From assembly GCA_964016885.1 (NCBI GenBank), contig OZ024742.1, positions 32,550,001 through 32,614,000 of the forward strand: a DNA stretch of 64,000 bases, read 5' to 3'. Each line of letters begins with the position of its first letter. The first letter of the stretch is position 1. The stretch comes from Eledone cirrhosa. Taxonomy: Eukaryota. Below the pieces are notes generated by a model, which made no database searches, had not been told where the DNA came from, and was given only the letters and a program-made list of their open reading frames with translations. Of this stretch, positions 14,901 to 28,723 are shown in pieces. A program made the translations under genes and the position numbers.

Positions 14901-17900
14901 GTGTTGGTATTGGTGTAGGTTACTGTGGCAGTGTTGGTGGTGTTGGTATTGGTGTAGATTGCTGTGGCAGTGTTGGTGGTGTTGGTATTGGTGTAGGTTA
15001 CTGTGGCAGTGTTGGTGGTGTTGGTATTGGTGTAGATTGCTGTGGCAGTGTTGGTGGTGTTGGTATTGGTGTAGGTTACTGTGGCAGTGTTGGTGGTGTT
15101 GGTATTGGTGTAGGTTACTGTGGCAGTGTTGGTGGTGTTGGTATTGGTGTAGGTTACTGTGGCAGTGTTGGTGGTGTTGGTATTGGTGTAGATTGCTGTG
15201 GCAGTGTTGGTGGTATTGGTATTGGTGTAGATTGCTGTGGCAGTGTTGGTGGTGTTGGTATTGGTGTAGGTTACTGTGGCAGTGTTGGTGGTGTTGGTAT
15301 TGGTGTAGGTTACTGTGGCAGTGTTGGTGGTGTTGGTATTAGTGTAGGTTACTGTGGCAGTGTTGGTGGTGTTGGTATTGGTGTAGATTGCTGTGGCAGT
15401 GTTGGTGGTGTTGGTATTGGTGTAGATTGCTGTGGCAGTGTTGGTGGTGTTGGTATTGGTGTAGGTTACTGTGGCAGTGTTGGTGGTGTTGGTATTAGTG
15501 TAGGTTACTGTGGCAGTGTTGGTGGTGTTGGTATTAGTGTAGGTTACTGTGGCAGTGTTGGTGGTATTGGTATTGGTGTAGATTGCTGTGGCAGTGTTGG
15601 TGGTGTTGGTATTGGTGTAGGTTACTGTGGCAGTGTTGGTGGTGTTGGTATTAGTGTAGGTTACTGTGGCAGTGTTGGTGGTGTTGGTATTGGTGTAGGT
15701 TACTGTGGCAGTGTTGGTGGTGTTGGTATTGGTGTAGATTGCTGTGGCAGTGTTGGTGGTATTGGTATTGGTGTAGATTGCTGTGGCAGTGTTGGTGGTG
15801 TTGGTATTGGTGTAGGTTACTGTGGCAGTGTTGGTGGTGTTGGTATTGGTGTAGGTTACTGTGGCAGTGTTGGTGGTGTTGGTATTAGTGTAGGTTACTG
15901 TGGCAGTGTTGGTGGTGTTGGTATTGGTGTAGATTGCTGTGGCAGTGTTGGTGGTGTTGGTATTGGTGTAGATTGCTGTGGCAGTGTTGGTGGTGTTGGT
16001 ATTGGTGTAGGTTACTGTGGCAGTGTTGGTGGTGTTGGTATTAGTGTAGGTTACTGTGGCAGTGTTGGTGGTGTTGGTATTGGTGTAGATTGCTGTGGCA
16101 GTGTTGGTGGTGTTGGTATTGGTGTAGGTTACTGTGGCAGTGTTGGTGGTGTTGGTATTGGTGTAGATTGCTGTGGCAGTGTTGGTGGTGTTGGTATTGG
16201 TGTAGGTTACTGTGGCAGTGTTGGTGGTGTTGGTATTAGTGTAGGTTACTGTGGCAGTGTTGGTGGTGTTGGTATTGGTGTAGATTGCTGTGGCAGTGTT
16301 GGTGGTGTTGGTATTGGTGTAGGTTACTGTGGCAGTGTTGGTGGTGTTGGTATTGGTGGTGTTGGTATTGGTAGATTACTGTGGCAGTGTTGGTGGTGTT
16401 GGTATTAGTGTAGGTTACTGTGGCAGTGTTGGTGGTAGTTGGTATTGGTGTAGATTGCTGTGGCAGTGTTGGTGGTGTTGGTATTGGTGTAGGTTACTGT
16501 GGCAGTGTTGGTGGTGTTGGTATTAGTGTAGGTTACTGTGGCAGTGTTGGTGGTGTTGGTATTAGTGTAGGTTACTGTGGCAGTGTTGGTGGTGTTGGTA
16601 TTGGTGTAGATTGCTGTGGCAGTGTTGGTGGTGTTGGTATTGGTGTAGATTACTGTGGCAGTGTTGGTGGTGTTGGTATTGGTGTAGATTGCTGTGGCAG
16701 TGTTGGTGGTGTTGGTATTGGTGTAGGTTACTGTGGCAGTGTTGGTGGTGTTGGTATTGGTGTAGGTTACTGTGGCAGTGTTGGTGGTGTTGGTATTGGT
16801 GTAGGTTACTGTGGCAGTGTTGGTGGTGTTGGTATTGGTGTAGGTTACTGTGGCAGTGTTGGTGGTGTTGGTATTGGTGTAGGTTACTGTGGCAGTGTTG
16901 GTGGTGTTGGTATTGGTGTAGGTTACTGTGGCAGTGTTGGTGGTGTTGGTATTGGTGTAGGTTACTGTGGCAGTGTTGGTGGTGTTGGTATTGGTGTAGG
17001 TTACTGTGGCAGTGTTGGTGGTGTTGGTATTGGTGTAGATTGCTGTGGCAGTGTTGGTGGTGTTGGTATTGGTGTAGGTTACTGTGGCAGTGTTGGTGGT
17101 GTTGGTATTGGTGTAGGTTACTGTGGCAGTGTTGGTTGTATTGGTATTGGTGTAGATTGCTGTGGCAGTGTTGGTGGTGTTGGTATTGGTGTAGGTTACT
17201 GTGGCAGTGTTGGTGGTGTTGGTATTGGTGTAGGTTACTGTGGCAGTGTTGGTGGTGTTGGTATTAGTGTAGGTTACTGTGGCAGTGTTGGTGGTGTTGG
17301 TATTGGTGTAGGTTACTGTGGCAGTGTTGGTGGTGTTGGTATTGGTGTAGATTGCTGTGGCAGTGTTGGTGGTGTTGGTATTGGTGTAGGTTACTGTGGC
17401 AGTGTTGGTGGTGTTGGTATTGGTGTAGGTTACTGTGGCAGTGTTGGTGGTGTTGGTATTGGTGTAGATTGCTGTGGCAGTGTTGGTGGTGTTGGTATTG
17501 GTGTAGGTTACTGTGGCAGTGTTGGTGGTGTTGGTATTGGTGTAGGTTACTGTGGCAGTGTTGGTGGTGTTGGTATTGGTGTAGGTTACTGTGGCAGTGT
17601 TGGTGGTGTTGGTATTGGTGTAGGTTACTGTGGCAGTGTTGGTGGTGTTGGTATTGGTGTAGTTTCTGTGGCAGTGTTGGTGGTGTTGGTATTGGTGTAG
17701 GTTACTGTGGCAGTGTTGGTGGTGTTGGTATTGGTGTAGGTTACTGTGGCAGTGTTGCGTGGTGTTGGTATTGGTGTAGGTTACTGTGGCAGTGTTGGTG
17801 GTGTTGGTATTGGTGTAGATTGCTGTGGCAGTGTTGGTGGTGTTGGTATTGGTGTAGGTTACTGTGGCAGTGTTGGTGGTATTGGTATTGGTGTAGATTG

Positions 17901-20900
17901 CTGTGGCAGTGTTGGTGGTGTTGGTATTGGTGTAGGTTACTGTGGCAGTGTTGGTGGTGTTGGTATTGGTGTAGGTTACTGTGGCAGTGTTGGTGGTGTT
18001 GGTATTAGTGTAGGTTACTGTGGCAGTGTTGGTGGTGTTGGTATTGGTGTAGGTTACTGTGGCAGTGTTGGTGGTGTTGGTATTGGTGTAGATTGCTGTG
18101 GCAGTGTTGGTGGTGTTGGTATTGGTGTAGGTTTACTGTGGCAGTGTTGGTGGTGTTGGTATTGGTGTAGGTTACTGTGGCAGTGTTGGTGGTATTGGTA
18201 TTGGTGTAGATTGCTGTGGCAGTGTTGGTGGTGTTGGTATTGGTGTAGGTTACTGTGGCAGTGTTGGTGGTGTTGGTATTGGTGTAGGTTACTGTGGCAG
18301 TGTTGGTGGTGTTGGTATTAGTGTAGGTTACTGTGGCAGTGTTGGTGGTGTTGGTATTGGTGTAGATTGCTGTGGCAGTGTTGGTGGTGTTGGTATTGGT
18401 GTAGATTGCTGTGGCAGTGTTGGTGGTGTTGGTATTGGTGTAGGTTACTGTGGCAGTGTTGGTGGTGTTGGTATTAGTGTAGGTTACTGTGGCAGTGTTG
18501 GTGGTGTTGGTATTAGTGTAGGTTACTGTGGCAGTGTTGGTGGTATTGGTATTGGTGTAGATTGCTGTGGCAGTGTTGGTGGTGTTGGTATTGGTGTAGG
18601 TTACTGTGGCAGTGTTGGTGGTGTTGGTATTAGTGTAGGTTACTGTGGCAGTGTTGGTGGTGTTGGTATTAGTGTAGGTTACTGTGGCAGTGTTGGTGGT
18701 ATTGGTAATGGTGTAGATTGCTGTGGCAGTGTTGGTGGTGTTGGTATTGGTGTAGGTTACTGTGGCAGTGTTGGTGGTGTTGGTATTAGTGTAGGTTACT
18801 GTGGCAGTGTTGGTGGTGTTGGTATTGGTGTAGATTGCTGTGGCAGTGTTGGTGGTGTTGGTATTGGTGTAGATTACTGTGGCAGTGTTGGTGGTGTTGG
18901 TATTGGTGTAGATTGCTGTGGCAGTGTTGGTGGTGTTGTATTGGTGTAGGTTACTGTGGCAGTGTTGGTGGTGTTGGTATTGGTGTAGGTTACTGTGGCA
19001 GTGTTGGTGGTGTTGGTATTGGTGTAGGTTACTGTGGCAGTGTTGGTGGTGTTGGTATTGGTGTAGGTTACTGTGGCAGTGTTGGTGGTGTTGGTATTGG
19101 TGTAGGTTACTGTGGCAGTGTTGGTGGTGTTGGTATTGGTGTAGATTGCTGTGGCAGTGTTGGTGGTGTTGGTATTGGTGTAGGTTACTGTGGCAGTGTT
19201 GGTGGTGTTGGTATTGGTGGTGTTGGTATTGGTGTAGGTTACCGTGGCAGTGTTGGTGGTGTTGGTATTGGTGTAGGTTACTGTGGCAGTGTTGGTATTG
19301 GTGTAGGTTACTGTGGCAGTGTTGGTGGTGTTGGTATTGGTGTAGGTTACTGTGGCAGTGTTGGTGGTGTTGGTATTGGTGTAGGTTACTGTGGCAGTGT
19401 TGGTGGTGTTGGTATTGGTGTAGGTTACTGTGGCAGTGTTGGTGGTGTTGGTATTGGTGTAGGTTACTGTGGCAGTGTTGGTGGTGTTGGTATTGGTGTA
19501 GGTTACTGTGGCAGTGTTGGTGGTGTTGGTATTGGTGTAGGTTACTGTGGCAGTGTTGGTGGTGTTGGTATTAGTGTAGGTCACTGTGGCAGTGTTGGTG
19601 GTTTTGGTATTGGTGTAGGTTACTGTGGCAGTGTTGGTGGTGTTGGTATTGGTGTAGGTTACTGTGGCAGTGTTGGTGGTGTTGGTATTGGTGTAGGTTA
19701 CTGTGGCAGTGTTGGTGGTGTTGGTATTGGTGTAGGTTACTGTGGCAGTGTTGGTGGTGTTGGTATTGGTGTAGGTTACTGTGGCAGTGTTGGTGGTGTT
19801 GGTATTGGTGTAGGTTACTGTGGCAGTGTTGGTGGTGTTGGTATTGGTGTAGATTGCTTTGGCAGTGTTGGTGGTGTTGGTATTGGTGTAGGTTACTGTG
19901 GCAGTGTTGGTGGTGTTGGTATTGGTGTAGGTTACTGTGGCAGTGTTGGTGGTGTTGGTATTGGTGTAGGTTACTGTGGCAGTGTTGGTGGTGTTGGTAT
20001 TGGTGTAGGTTACTGTGGCAGTGTTGGTGGTGTTGGTATTGGTGTAGGTTACTGTGGCAGTGTTGGTGGTGTTGGTATTGGTGTAGGTTACTGTGGCAGT
20101 GTTGGTGGTGTTGGTATTGGTGTAGGTTACTGTGGCAGTGTTGGTGGTGTTGGTATTGGTGTAGATTGCTGTGGCGGTGTTGGTGGTGTTGGTATTGGTG
20201 TAGGTTACTGTGGCAGTGTTGGTGGTATTGGTATTGGTGTAGGTTACTGTGGCAGTGTTGGTGGTATTGGTATTGGTGTAGATTGCTGTGGCAGTGTTGG
20301 TGGTGTTGGTATTGGTGTAGGTTACTGTGGCAGTGTTGGTGGTATTGGTATTGGTGTAGATTGCTGTGGCAGTGTTGGTGGTGTTGGTATTGGTGTAGGT
20401 TACTGTGGCAGTGTTGGTGGTGTTGGTATTGGTGTAGGTTACTGTGGCAGTGTTGGTGGTGTTGGTATTAGTGTAGGTTACTGTGGCAGTGTTGGTGGTG
20501 TTGGTATTGGTGTAGATTGCTGTGGCAGTGTTGGTGGTGTTGGTATTGGTGTAGATTGCTGTGGCAGTGTTGGTGGTGTTGGTATTGGTCTAGGTTACTG
20601 TGGCAGTGTTGGTGGTATTGGTATTGGTGTAGATTGCTGTGGCAGTGTTGGTGGTGTTGGTATTGGTGTAGGTTACTGTGGCAGTGTTGGTGGTGTTGGT
20701 ATTGGTGTAGGTTACTGTGGCAGTGTTGGTGGTGTTGGTATTAGTGTAGGTTACTGTGGCAGTGTTGGTGGTGTTGGTATTGGTGTAGGTTACTGTGGCA
20801 GTGTTGGTGGTGTTGGTATTGGTGTAGATTGCTGTGGCAGTGTTGGTGGTGTTGGTATTGGTGTAGGTTACTGTGGCAGTGTTGGTGGTGTTGGTATTGG

Positions 20901-23900
20901 TGTAGGTTACTGTGGCAGTGTTGGTGGTATTGGTATTGGTGTAGATTGCTGTGGCAGTGTTGGTGGTGTTGGTATTGGTGTAGGTTACTGTGGCAGTGTT
21001 GGTGGTGTTGGTATTGGTGTAGGTTACTGTGGCAGTGTTGGTGGTGTTGGTATTGGTGTAGATTGCTGTGGCAGTGTTGGTGGTGTTGGTATTGGTGTAG
21101 GTTACTGTGGCAGTGTTGGTGGTGTTGGTATTGGTGTAGATTGCTGTGGCAGTGTTGGTGGTGTTGGTATTGGTGTAGGTTACTGTGGCAGTGTTGGTGG
21201 TGTTGGTATTGGTGTAGGTTACTGTGGCAGTGTTGGTGGTGTTGGTATTGGTGTAGGTTACTGTGGCAGTGTTGGTGGTGTTGGTATTGGTGTAGATTGC
21301 TGTGGCAGTGTTGGTGGTGTTGGTATTGGTGTAGGTTACTGTGGCAGTGTTGGTGGTATTGGTATTGGTGTAGATTGCTGTGGCAGTGTTGGTGGTGTTG
21401 GTATTGGTGTAGGTTACTGTGGCAGTGTTGGTGGTGTTGGTATTGGTGTAGGTTACTGTGGCAGTGTTGGTGGTGTTGGTATTAGTGTAGGTTACTGTGG
21501 CAGTGTTGGTGGTGTTGGTATTGGTGTAGGTTACTGTGGCAGTGTTGGTGGTGTTGGTATTGGTGTAGATTGCTGTGGCAGTGTTGGTGGTGTTGGTATT
21601 GGTGTAGGTTACTGTGGCAGTGTTGGTGGTGTTGGTATTGGTGTAGGTTACTGTGGCAGTGTTGGTGGTATTGGTATTGGTGTAGATTGCTGTGGCAGTG
21701 TTGGTGGTGTTGGTATTGGTGTAGGTTACTGTGGCAGTGTTGGTGGTGTTGGTATTGGTGTAGGTTACTGTGGCAGTGTTGGTGGTGTTGGTATTAGTGT
21801 AGGTTACTGTGGCAGTGTTGGTGGTGTTGGTATTGGTGTAGATTGCTGTGGCAGTGTTGGTGGTGTTGGTATTGGTGTAGATTGCTGTGGCAGTGTTGGT
21901 GGTGTTGGTATTGGTGTAGGTTACTGTGGCAGTGTTGGTGGTGTTGGTATTAGTGTAGGTTACTGTGGCAGTGTTGGTGGTGTTGGTATTAGTGTAGGTT
22001 ACTGTGGCAGTGTTGGTGGTATTGGTATTGGTGTAGATTGCTGTGGCAGTGTTGGTGGTGTTGGTATTGGTGTAGGTTACTGTGGCAGTGTTGGTGGTGT
22101 TGGTATTAGTGTAGGTTACTGTGGCAGTGTTGGTGGTGTTGGTATTAGTGTAGGTTACTGTGGCAGTGTTGGTGGTATTGGTAATGGTGTAGATTGCTGT
22201 GGCAGTGTTGGTGGTGTTGGTATTGGTGTAGGTTACTGTGGCAGTGTTGGTGGTGTTGGTATTAGTGTAGGTTACTGTGGCAGTGTTGGTGGTGTTGGTA
22301 TTGGTGTAGATTGCTGTGGCAGTGTTGGTGGTGTTGGTATTGGTGTAGATTACTGTGGCAGTGTTGGTGGTGTTGGTATTGGTGTAGATTGCTGTGGCAG
22401 TGTTGGTGGTGTTGGTATTGGTGTAGGTTACTGTGGCAGTGTTGGTGGTGTTGGTATTGGTGTAGGTTACTGTGGCAGTGTTGGTGGTGTTGGTATTGGT
22501 GTAGGTTACTGTGGCAGTGTTGGTGGTGTTGGTATTGGTGTAGGTTACTGTGGCAGTGTTGGTGGTGTTGGTATTGGTGTAGGTTACTGTGGCAGTGTTG
22601 GTGGTGTTGGTATTGGTGTAGATTGCTGTGGCAGTGTTGGTGGTGTTGGTATTGGTGTAGGTTACTGTGGCAGTGTTGGTGGTGTTGGTATTGGTGGTGT
22701 TGGTATTGGTGTAGGTTACCGTGGCAGTGTTGGTGGTGTTGGTATTGGTGTAGGTTACTGTGGCAGTGTTGGTATTGGTGTAGGTTACTGTGGCAGTGTT
22801 GGTGGTGTTGGTATTGGTGTAGGTTACTGTGGCAGTGTTGGTGGTGTTGGTATTGGTGTAGGTTACTGTGGCAGTGTTGGTGGTGTTGGTATTGGTGTAG
22901 GTTACTGTGGCAGTGTTGGTGGTGTTGGTATTGGTGTAGGTTACTGTGGCAGTGTTGGTGGTGTTGGTATTGGTGTAGGTTACTGTGGCAGTGTTGGTGG
23001 TGTTGGTATTGGTGTAGGTTACTGTGGCAGTGTTGGTGGTGTTGGTATTAGTGTAGGTCACTGTGGCAGTGTTGGTGGTTTTGGTATTGGTGTAGGTTAC
23101 TGTGGCAGTGTTGGTGGTGTTGGTATTGGTGTAGGTTACTGTGGCAGTGTTGGTGGTGTTGGTATTGGTGTAGGTTACTGTGGCAGTGTTGGTGGTGTTG
23201 GTATTGGTGTAGGTTACTGTGGCAGTGTTGGTGGTGTTGGTATTGGTGTAGGTTACTGTGGCAGTGTTGGTGGTGTTGGTATTGGTGTAGGTTACTGTGG
23301 CAGTGTTGGTGGTGTTGGTATTGGTGTAGATTGCTTTGGCAGTGTTGGTGGTGTTGGTATTGGTGTAGGTTACTGTGGCAGTGTTGGTGGTGTTGGTATT
23401 GGTGTAGGTTACTGTGGCAGTGTTGGTGGTGTTGGTATTGGTGTAGGTTACTGTGGCAGTGTTGGTGGTGTTGGTATTGGTGTAGGTTACTGTGGCAGTG
23501 TTGGTGGTGTTGGTATTGGTGTAGGTTACTGTGGCAGTGTTGGTGGTGTTGGTATTGGTGTAGGTTACTGTGGCAGTGTTGGTGGTGTTGGTATTGGTGT
23601 AGGTTACTGTGGCAGTGTTGGTGGTGTTGGTATTGGTGTAGATTGCTGTGGCAGTGTTGGTGGTGTTGGTATTGGTGTAGGTTACTGTGGCAGTGTTGGT
23701 GGTGTTGGTATTGGTGTAGGTTACTGTGGCAGTGTTGGTGGTGTTGGTATTGGTGTAGATTGCTGTGGCAGTGTTGGTGGTGTTGGTATTGGTGTAGGTT
23801 ACTGTGGCAGTGTTGGTATTGGTGTAGATTGCTGTGGCAGTGTTGGTGGTGTTGGTATTGGTGTAGGTTACTGTGGCAGTGTTGGTGGTGTTGGTATTGG
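2924..23900. repeat. 39-bp minisatellite array, ~540 units, consensus GGTGTAGGTTACTGTGGCAGTGTTGGTGGTGTTGGTATT
   Basis: Read directly. Two main variants (GTAGGTTAC / GTAGATTGC), occasional 9-, 12- and 24-bp indels. Grades into (GGT)n/(GAT)n at its right end. Confidence 0.99.
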
Positions 23901-24524
23901 AGTTGTTTGTAGTGATGGTGGTGTTGGTGGTATTGATGGTGTTTTTGGATGATAATGATGGTGGTGGTGGTGGTGGTGTTGGTGCATAATGATGATGATG
24001 ATAATGATGGTGTTTGTGCATAATGATGATGGTGGTGGTGGTGGTGATAGTGTTGATAATGAATGACAATAACAATGATGATGAATCATTAAGATAAACT
24101 ACAGCTCTGTCATGGGATGTTCTGGTTTGTACCAGGAGCAGTCACACCATCTGGTATTCAGTACTTGCTAGTTGATTGACTAAAAAAAGATAAAACAGGA
24201 GGGAGGGAGGGGGGGGGGGGGGGGCAGAGTATAGAAAATCACACACACACATACATACACAAATCAATATACAAACGCAGCTGCTGCTACTACTACTACT
24301 ACTACTGTTGCTGCTACAACCACTACTACTGTTGCTGCTACAACCACAACTACAATAGAAACATAAAAACAACAACAACACTGCAACAGTATTGACAAAA
24401 CCAACACCATATATAACATATCACCAATGAGGTTCCACAACACCACCAACAACAACATCAACAATAACATATATGACATATCACCAATGAGGTTTCGCAA
24501 CATCAACAACACCAACACCACCAC

Positions 24525-24555
<31 letters not shown>

Positions 24556-24860
24556 ACCAATGCCAACATATATGACATATCACCAATGAGGTTTCACAAC
24601 AACAATAAAACCTATGTAAAACATGTCACCAATGAAATCCCCCTCCCCCCCACTGCTGCCACTGCCACAACCACAAAAAGAAAACGACAGCAACAATGAC
24701 AACAATACTGTATATGATAAGTCAGCGATGAGGTTCCTTGTTTATCAACGGAGAACATGTATAGAATGTTAGAGTTTATAGAAAATGTTAAACATATGTT
24801 TACTGTTTTGAATGTTTATATAAATAGGGGAAGGGGAAGGAGGAGGGGCGGGGGGGGGGA

Positions 24861-24913
<53 letters not shown>

Positions 24914-26213
24914 ATAAATATATATATACTAGTTCTTTCACCACGTTAAATTATGTAACTATGTAAATGTAATCTATCTCTTCGCATGCAACCGAAGTTC
25001 TTCATGTTCTTTCGTTTATCCGTTACGTCTTTCTGAATTTTGAATGATACTTGCTTGTAATGTTTATATCTGCGTCCACGGATTTAAGAATAGAGTGAAA
25101 GCAGAAATTCTGTTTATTAACATATATCTCTATCGGTTGCAACTTCAGGTAGAAGGAGCAATGTGAAATAAAGTGTCTTGTTCAAGGACATAACGTATCG
25201 TCCGGTCCAGGAATTGAACTCACCACCTCACGATTGCGAATCCAATTCTCTAACCACTTGGCCACGAGCTTTTATATATATATAAACAGATGATAAGAGA
25301 AGACAGGTAAAAGAGAAAATGACTGTATTGGATGTTTGTCTGGTTACAGTATGAGGCGAGTCCGTGGTGTCTGTGTGATACAAAAAACAGTAAAAAAAAT
25401 CTTCCAGATTCTTTGTTGTACCGTTTGTGCATAGTATATGAACAATTCTAGGTGCTCCCACCTAGAATAGTGACCTCTAGGAGATGGTTCATCTTCTGCC
25501 TGACTGTAAAACGTGTATCATTGCATAGACGTGGTTGTTCCACGTTTCTCAAAAGGATGATGGAAGTTCCAATCTTTTATATTATATGTAGATATAAATA
25601 TAGATAATTAATATAAAAGATGTCCGTCAATGTAAAAAAAGGTCCCTATTTACTCCCTTCACAACTGTGTGTATGTTAGACTGACAGACAGGCACACAGA
25701 CAGATAAACTGCGTGGCGATTGTGGGATGCCAAACGTACACACACATACACGCATGGAAACGCGCACACGCACGCAAACTTACACACGCACCCGTGTACT
25801 TACACATACACTCACACATGTTGATAGTTTTTACTTTCTGTGGAACGCTGCATGCACGCACACACACACAAACATACGCGCATGTACATACACACGCACA
25901 CATGTTAATAGTTATTGCTTTCCTTCCCCTCTTATTTCCACACACATCACACACACATGTCTCTACACTGACACATATACATAGTGTATCCAACACAGCG
26001 TTCACTTTGCCTCTCTATTTCTTACTCTCCCCTCTCACTCCCTCATTAGCATTATGCATATTAAAAAGTGTGCCGTCGTTGAGGTGGGCGGAGTCGTTTG
26101 AAATGATAATCGAGAATTATGACACACGGAATACTGACATTATTGAAATTAATATATAGATATATATATATATATATAAATATATAAATATATATATAAA
26201 TATATAAATATAA

Positions 26214-26676
<463 letters not shown>

Positions 26677-27056
26677 TTCTTTATTAGCCACAAGGGTGCA
26701 ACAAGAAAGGGGACAATACAAAGATATGCCGGGGATTTTACATACAGTCGTGTAAAAAATATAAAAACAAACAATTTCAACAATCGAAATCCCCAATAGG
26801 GGGGAGGCGCCACAAATGGGTTGTTTAATACCCCGTCGATAGAACAACCCTCAACTCAAGGAGCGTGTTGTGCAAGTGCTCCTTTCTTCCTTTTGCTCTC
26901 TTGCTCAAGGCTTATAAACAGAGAAGGCCCAATCACTCGGGCCATTTTCGCTTCATTCACCCACCTTTCAGTAAATTTACTGGGGTGCAGTGCCTCTCTC
27001 TCCACCCTGATTCTCCTTCTAAAGTGATACTTAAAGAATGGAATCAATATAGATAG

Positions 27057-27087
<31 letters not shown>

Positions 27088-27274
27088 TACAAACAGATGT
27101 GAGAAGGAAAGAAAGAGTGAATGGAGAGAGAGCGAGAGAGATCCAGAGAGAGGAGGTGATAGAGAACAACACTCACTTTTTTGCTTTTTCTCACCGACTC
27201 TTTCACTCCTCTTTGTTTAAGGGGTTAAAGAGAGTGGGTGAGAGAAATCAAGAGAGGGTGAGATAGAGTGTATG

Positions 27275-27480
27275 AGAGAGAGGGACAGGGTGTGAGTATG
27301 AGAGAGTGAGAGAGAGGGACAGGGTATGAGAGAGGTACAGGGTGTGAGTATGAGAGAGTGAGAGAGAGGGACAGGGTATGAGAGAGTGAGAGAGGTACAG
27401 GGTGTGAGTATGAGAGAGTGAGAGAGGTACAGGGTGTGAGTATGAGAGAAAGGTGTGAGTATGAGAGAGTGAGAGAGGCA
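27275..27480. repeat. ~30-bp GA-rich minisatellite (GAGAGAGGTACAGGGTGTGAGTATGAGAGAGT)
   Basis: Read directly. Confidence 0.85.
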
Positions 27481-28505
27481 GAGACTTGCATTTTATTTTA
27501 CCTCATTTCCCCAAAAGTATGGAAGAGATTTGAACTGAAAACAAAGAGAGCCAGAATAAATACTACGACTGCCAATCTGCCAGTTAGAAGTTATGTTGGA
27601 TGGTAATGGATTGTAACTATTATTATCACCATCATCACCATTTTATGCCTGCCTTCCATGCTGGCATGGGTTGGACAGGTTATCAGAGTCCAAAGTTAGA
27701 CATATCAAAGAAACCTCACTTTGCTCATATTTGACATAGTTTCTACAGCTGGGTGCTCTTTATCACACCAACAACCTTACAGAGTGTACTGGGTGCATTT
27801 TATTGTGGCACCAGCACTACAACTTTATAGAGTGCACTGGGTGCATTTTTATCATTGCTAGTACTAGAGGGGCTGTCATATATATCCTCTCTAGCATGCA
27901 TTGTATATTTGTGGTAATAAGAGTGATAATTCTATTTTTAAGAATCAACTTCACTCCCACCAGCACCATCACCCCCACCATCAAAGTCACCACTGTATCC
28001 ACCACCATGATCATCATATGTTTTCCATGCTTGCATCAGTTAGATGTATCCTCTCTACTACAGCTACCTCCTATTTCTCTCATTTGGCATCTCCTTTGTG
28101 AGGTGTCGTTTCTTGAGGTCAACATTTCTCATTGCTGCCCATGTCTTCTTTGCTCTACCTCTACCACTTGGGAGAGATTTAGTAATATAATTAAATTTCA
28201 CATTACCAAGTTGGTATTTCAATTTAGATAATTATAAATACTTTAAACTTCTTTGTTATCATATTTCTAGTGAAAAACAATACATATGATTTTTAAATTT
28301 AGATTTGCAAAGGTTTAGTAATACAGTTAACTTCCTCATTATTAAACTAGTGTTTAAAACATAACTTAAAGATGTATTTGATAAATATAAACACTTTAAC
28401 TTTGTCATTAACATATTTCTAATGAAATACACTGCTTATAATTTTCAAAATATTTTGAAATAGTTAAGAAAATAGATTGATTTAGTAATAGGATGTTGTT
28501 ATTAA

Positions 28506-28723
28506 CCCTTTAGCATTTACATTACTCTGTATTTACTATTATATTTTCATGGTATACACTTTATCTCGCATACATATTATCTTACATAATATCGAATCTA
28601 TGAGATTTTGATATTATTTATTTTGAGAACAATACCTTAACATGAGAGGCCAGTTACAGCCAGTTTGAACAGAAAGAGGTGAGAGAATTCTGGCCAGATA
28701 TGGTTGGTTTAAATGCTAAAGGG
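28506..28723. mobile_element. piggyBac-type MITE; second copy at 1591-1772
   Basis: TIRs CCCTTTAGCATTTA / TAAATGCTAAAGGG flanked by TTAA on both sides; both copies share internal sequence and TTAA TSDs. Confidence 0.88.

Noticed and set aside
3772-23912. Numerous Trp/Cys-rich ORFs (LLWQCWWCWYWCR)n and the Gly-rich 1705-aa ORF
   Set aside because: By-products of a 39-bp (3n) satellite: non-ATG starts, no unique N- or C-terminal domains, and most variants are non-synonymous in these frames.
24408-24640. Repeat-spacer pattern (CATATATGACATATCACCAATGAGGTT x3-4) resembling a CRISPR array
   Set aside because: Spacers are (CAA/CAC)n microsatellite, the context is eukaryotic, and there are no cas genes.
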